The translations under genes and the position numbers were made by a program. From the NCBI GenBank assembly GCA_977020255.1, contig CDROCS010000615.1, positions 1 to 64,000 on the forward strand: a stretch of 64,000 nt of DNA, in the 5' to 3' direction. The stretch's first letter is position 1, and the number at the start of each line of letters is the position of its first letter. Positions 63,171-64,000 of this stretch are shown piece by piece. A model generated the notes under the pieces. The model searched no databases. It saw only the letters and a program-made list of their open reading frames with translations, and had not been told where the DNA came from. Source of the stretch: Obrimoposthia wandeli. Lineage: Eukaryota.

Positions 63171-64000
63171 TTAATTGTCTATACTATGAAATATAATATT
63201 TCTTACTCGTCTAATGATAATTGTCTTGAAATATGGACGATCTGAACATTTAATACACGTGTTTAAGTGTCCGCATGGTAAAAATGCAACGGAAATCATA
63301 TCTGTCATGCAAACAACACATTCGGGATTTGGTAAGAGGTATTCGAGATAATTTATACGATGTTTTGGTTCAGATTTTATTTCTAAAGATCTTAAATCCA
63401 TTATAAACTCATATATAGAATCATATTTATTACCGAATGTTTTAAACCTATTAACTAAAACGGCTTTGATTCTATTATCGCTATAATCACGTTTCAGCAA
63501 AACATTTTGACGAGTTTCCATCTGAGCATCAATTTCATCATTACTAATATGATATTCAACAATACATCCGTTCTTGATTTCCATACTAGATGCTTTACAA
63601 TCTCGAGTATGAAATATTCTTTCAGGCAATCTATCAATAAACTCAAGTCGAGGTACTGCTTTCTGACAGAAACAACATCGATAAGAATCATTCCAAATAT
63701 AGACTGTGTGGGAAAATCGATAATGTAGGTATTTAAATATCATTAAAATAATTATTACGTACAATTACTACTTTATCTATTGGAGTTGAATCAAAATCAA
63801 TTTGCTTGATGCTGGAATCAATTATTGGTATATTTGATACATTCATTTTCAAAACAAACGGACATGTTGGGAAATATAGCATATGCTGCTTCATTGATTT
63901 CAGATAGTACTCACATTCCGATATTCCTCCCAGACAGTAAACACACTTTACATTGTCACTTGAATCATCGTGCTTATTAATTCCTGCTTTTGCTAAAGCT
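63171..64000 (-). CDS. Inhibitor-of-apoptosis-like protein (BIR, BIR-like, RING); 5' end lies outside the window
   Basis: LAKAG...DNVKCVYCLGG...KQHMLYFPTCPFV (BIR), DSYRCCFC...H..DC and CVVCMTDMISVAFLPCGHLNTCIKC (IAP-type RING). A frame change near 63760 may be an intron or a lesion. Confidence 0.8.

Overview
AT-rich eukaryotic DNA, probably an invertebrate animal judging from 35-60 nt GT-AG introns and a phase 1-1 Ig exon. The window is mostly decayed mobile DNA. The dominant component is several nested, deleted copies of a Polinton/Maverick (adintovirus-like) endogenous DNA virus. Its recognisable parts are protein-primed PolB, packaging ATPase, penton-like and major capsid genes, adenain-like protease, a DEDD-exonuclease-like gene and six AGTAG/AGTAAG-type termini. 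These copies are interleaved with Ty3/Gypsy LTRs and gag remnants, MULE, hAT, Tc1 and Chapaev-like transposase remnants, a MITE, tandem arrays and one assembly gap. Almost all ORFs carry stops or frameshifts. The most notable observations are: (1) two divergent TBP-fold genes, both near the packaging ATPase and sharing an intron-like insert; (2) a cassette of apparent host-manipulation genes (IAP, TBP-like, pseudo-phosphatase) plus TRAF-like RING genes; (3) an intact-looking type I hammerhead ribozyme with a decayed sibling inside a Polinton derivative; (4) a decayed antisense ORF built from four ~120-aa repeats of an unrecognised domain. All assignments come from manual motif reading. No database searches were run.
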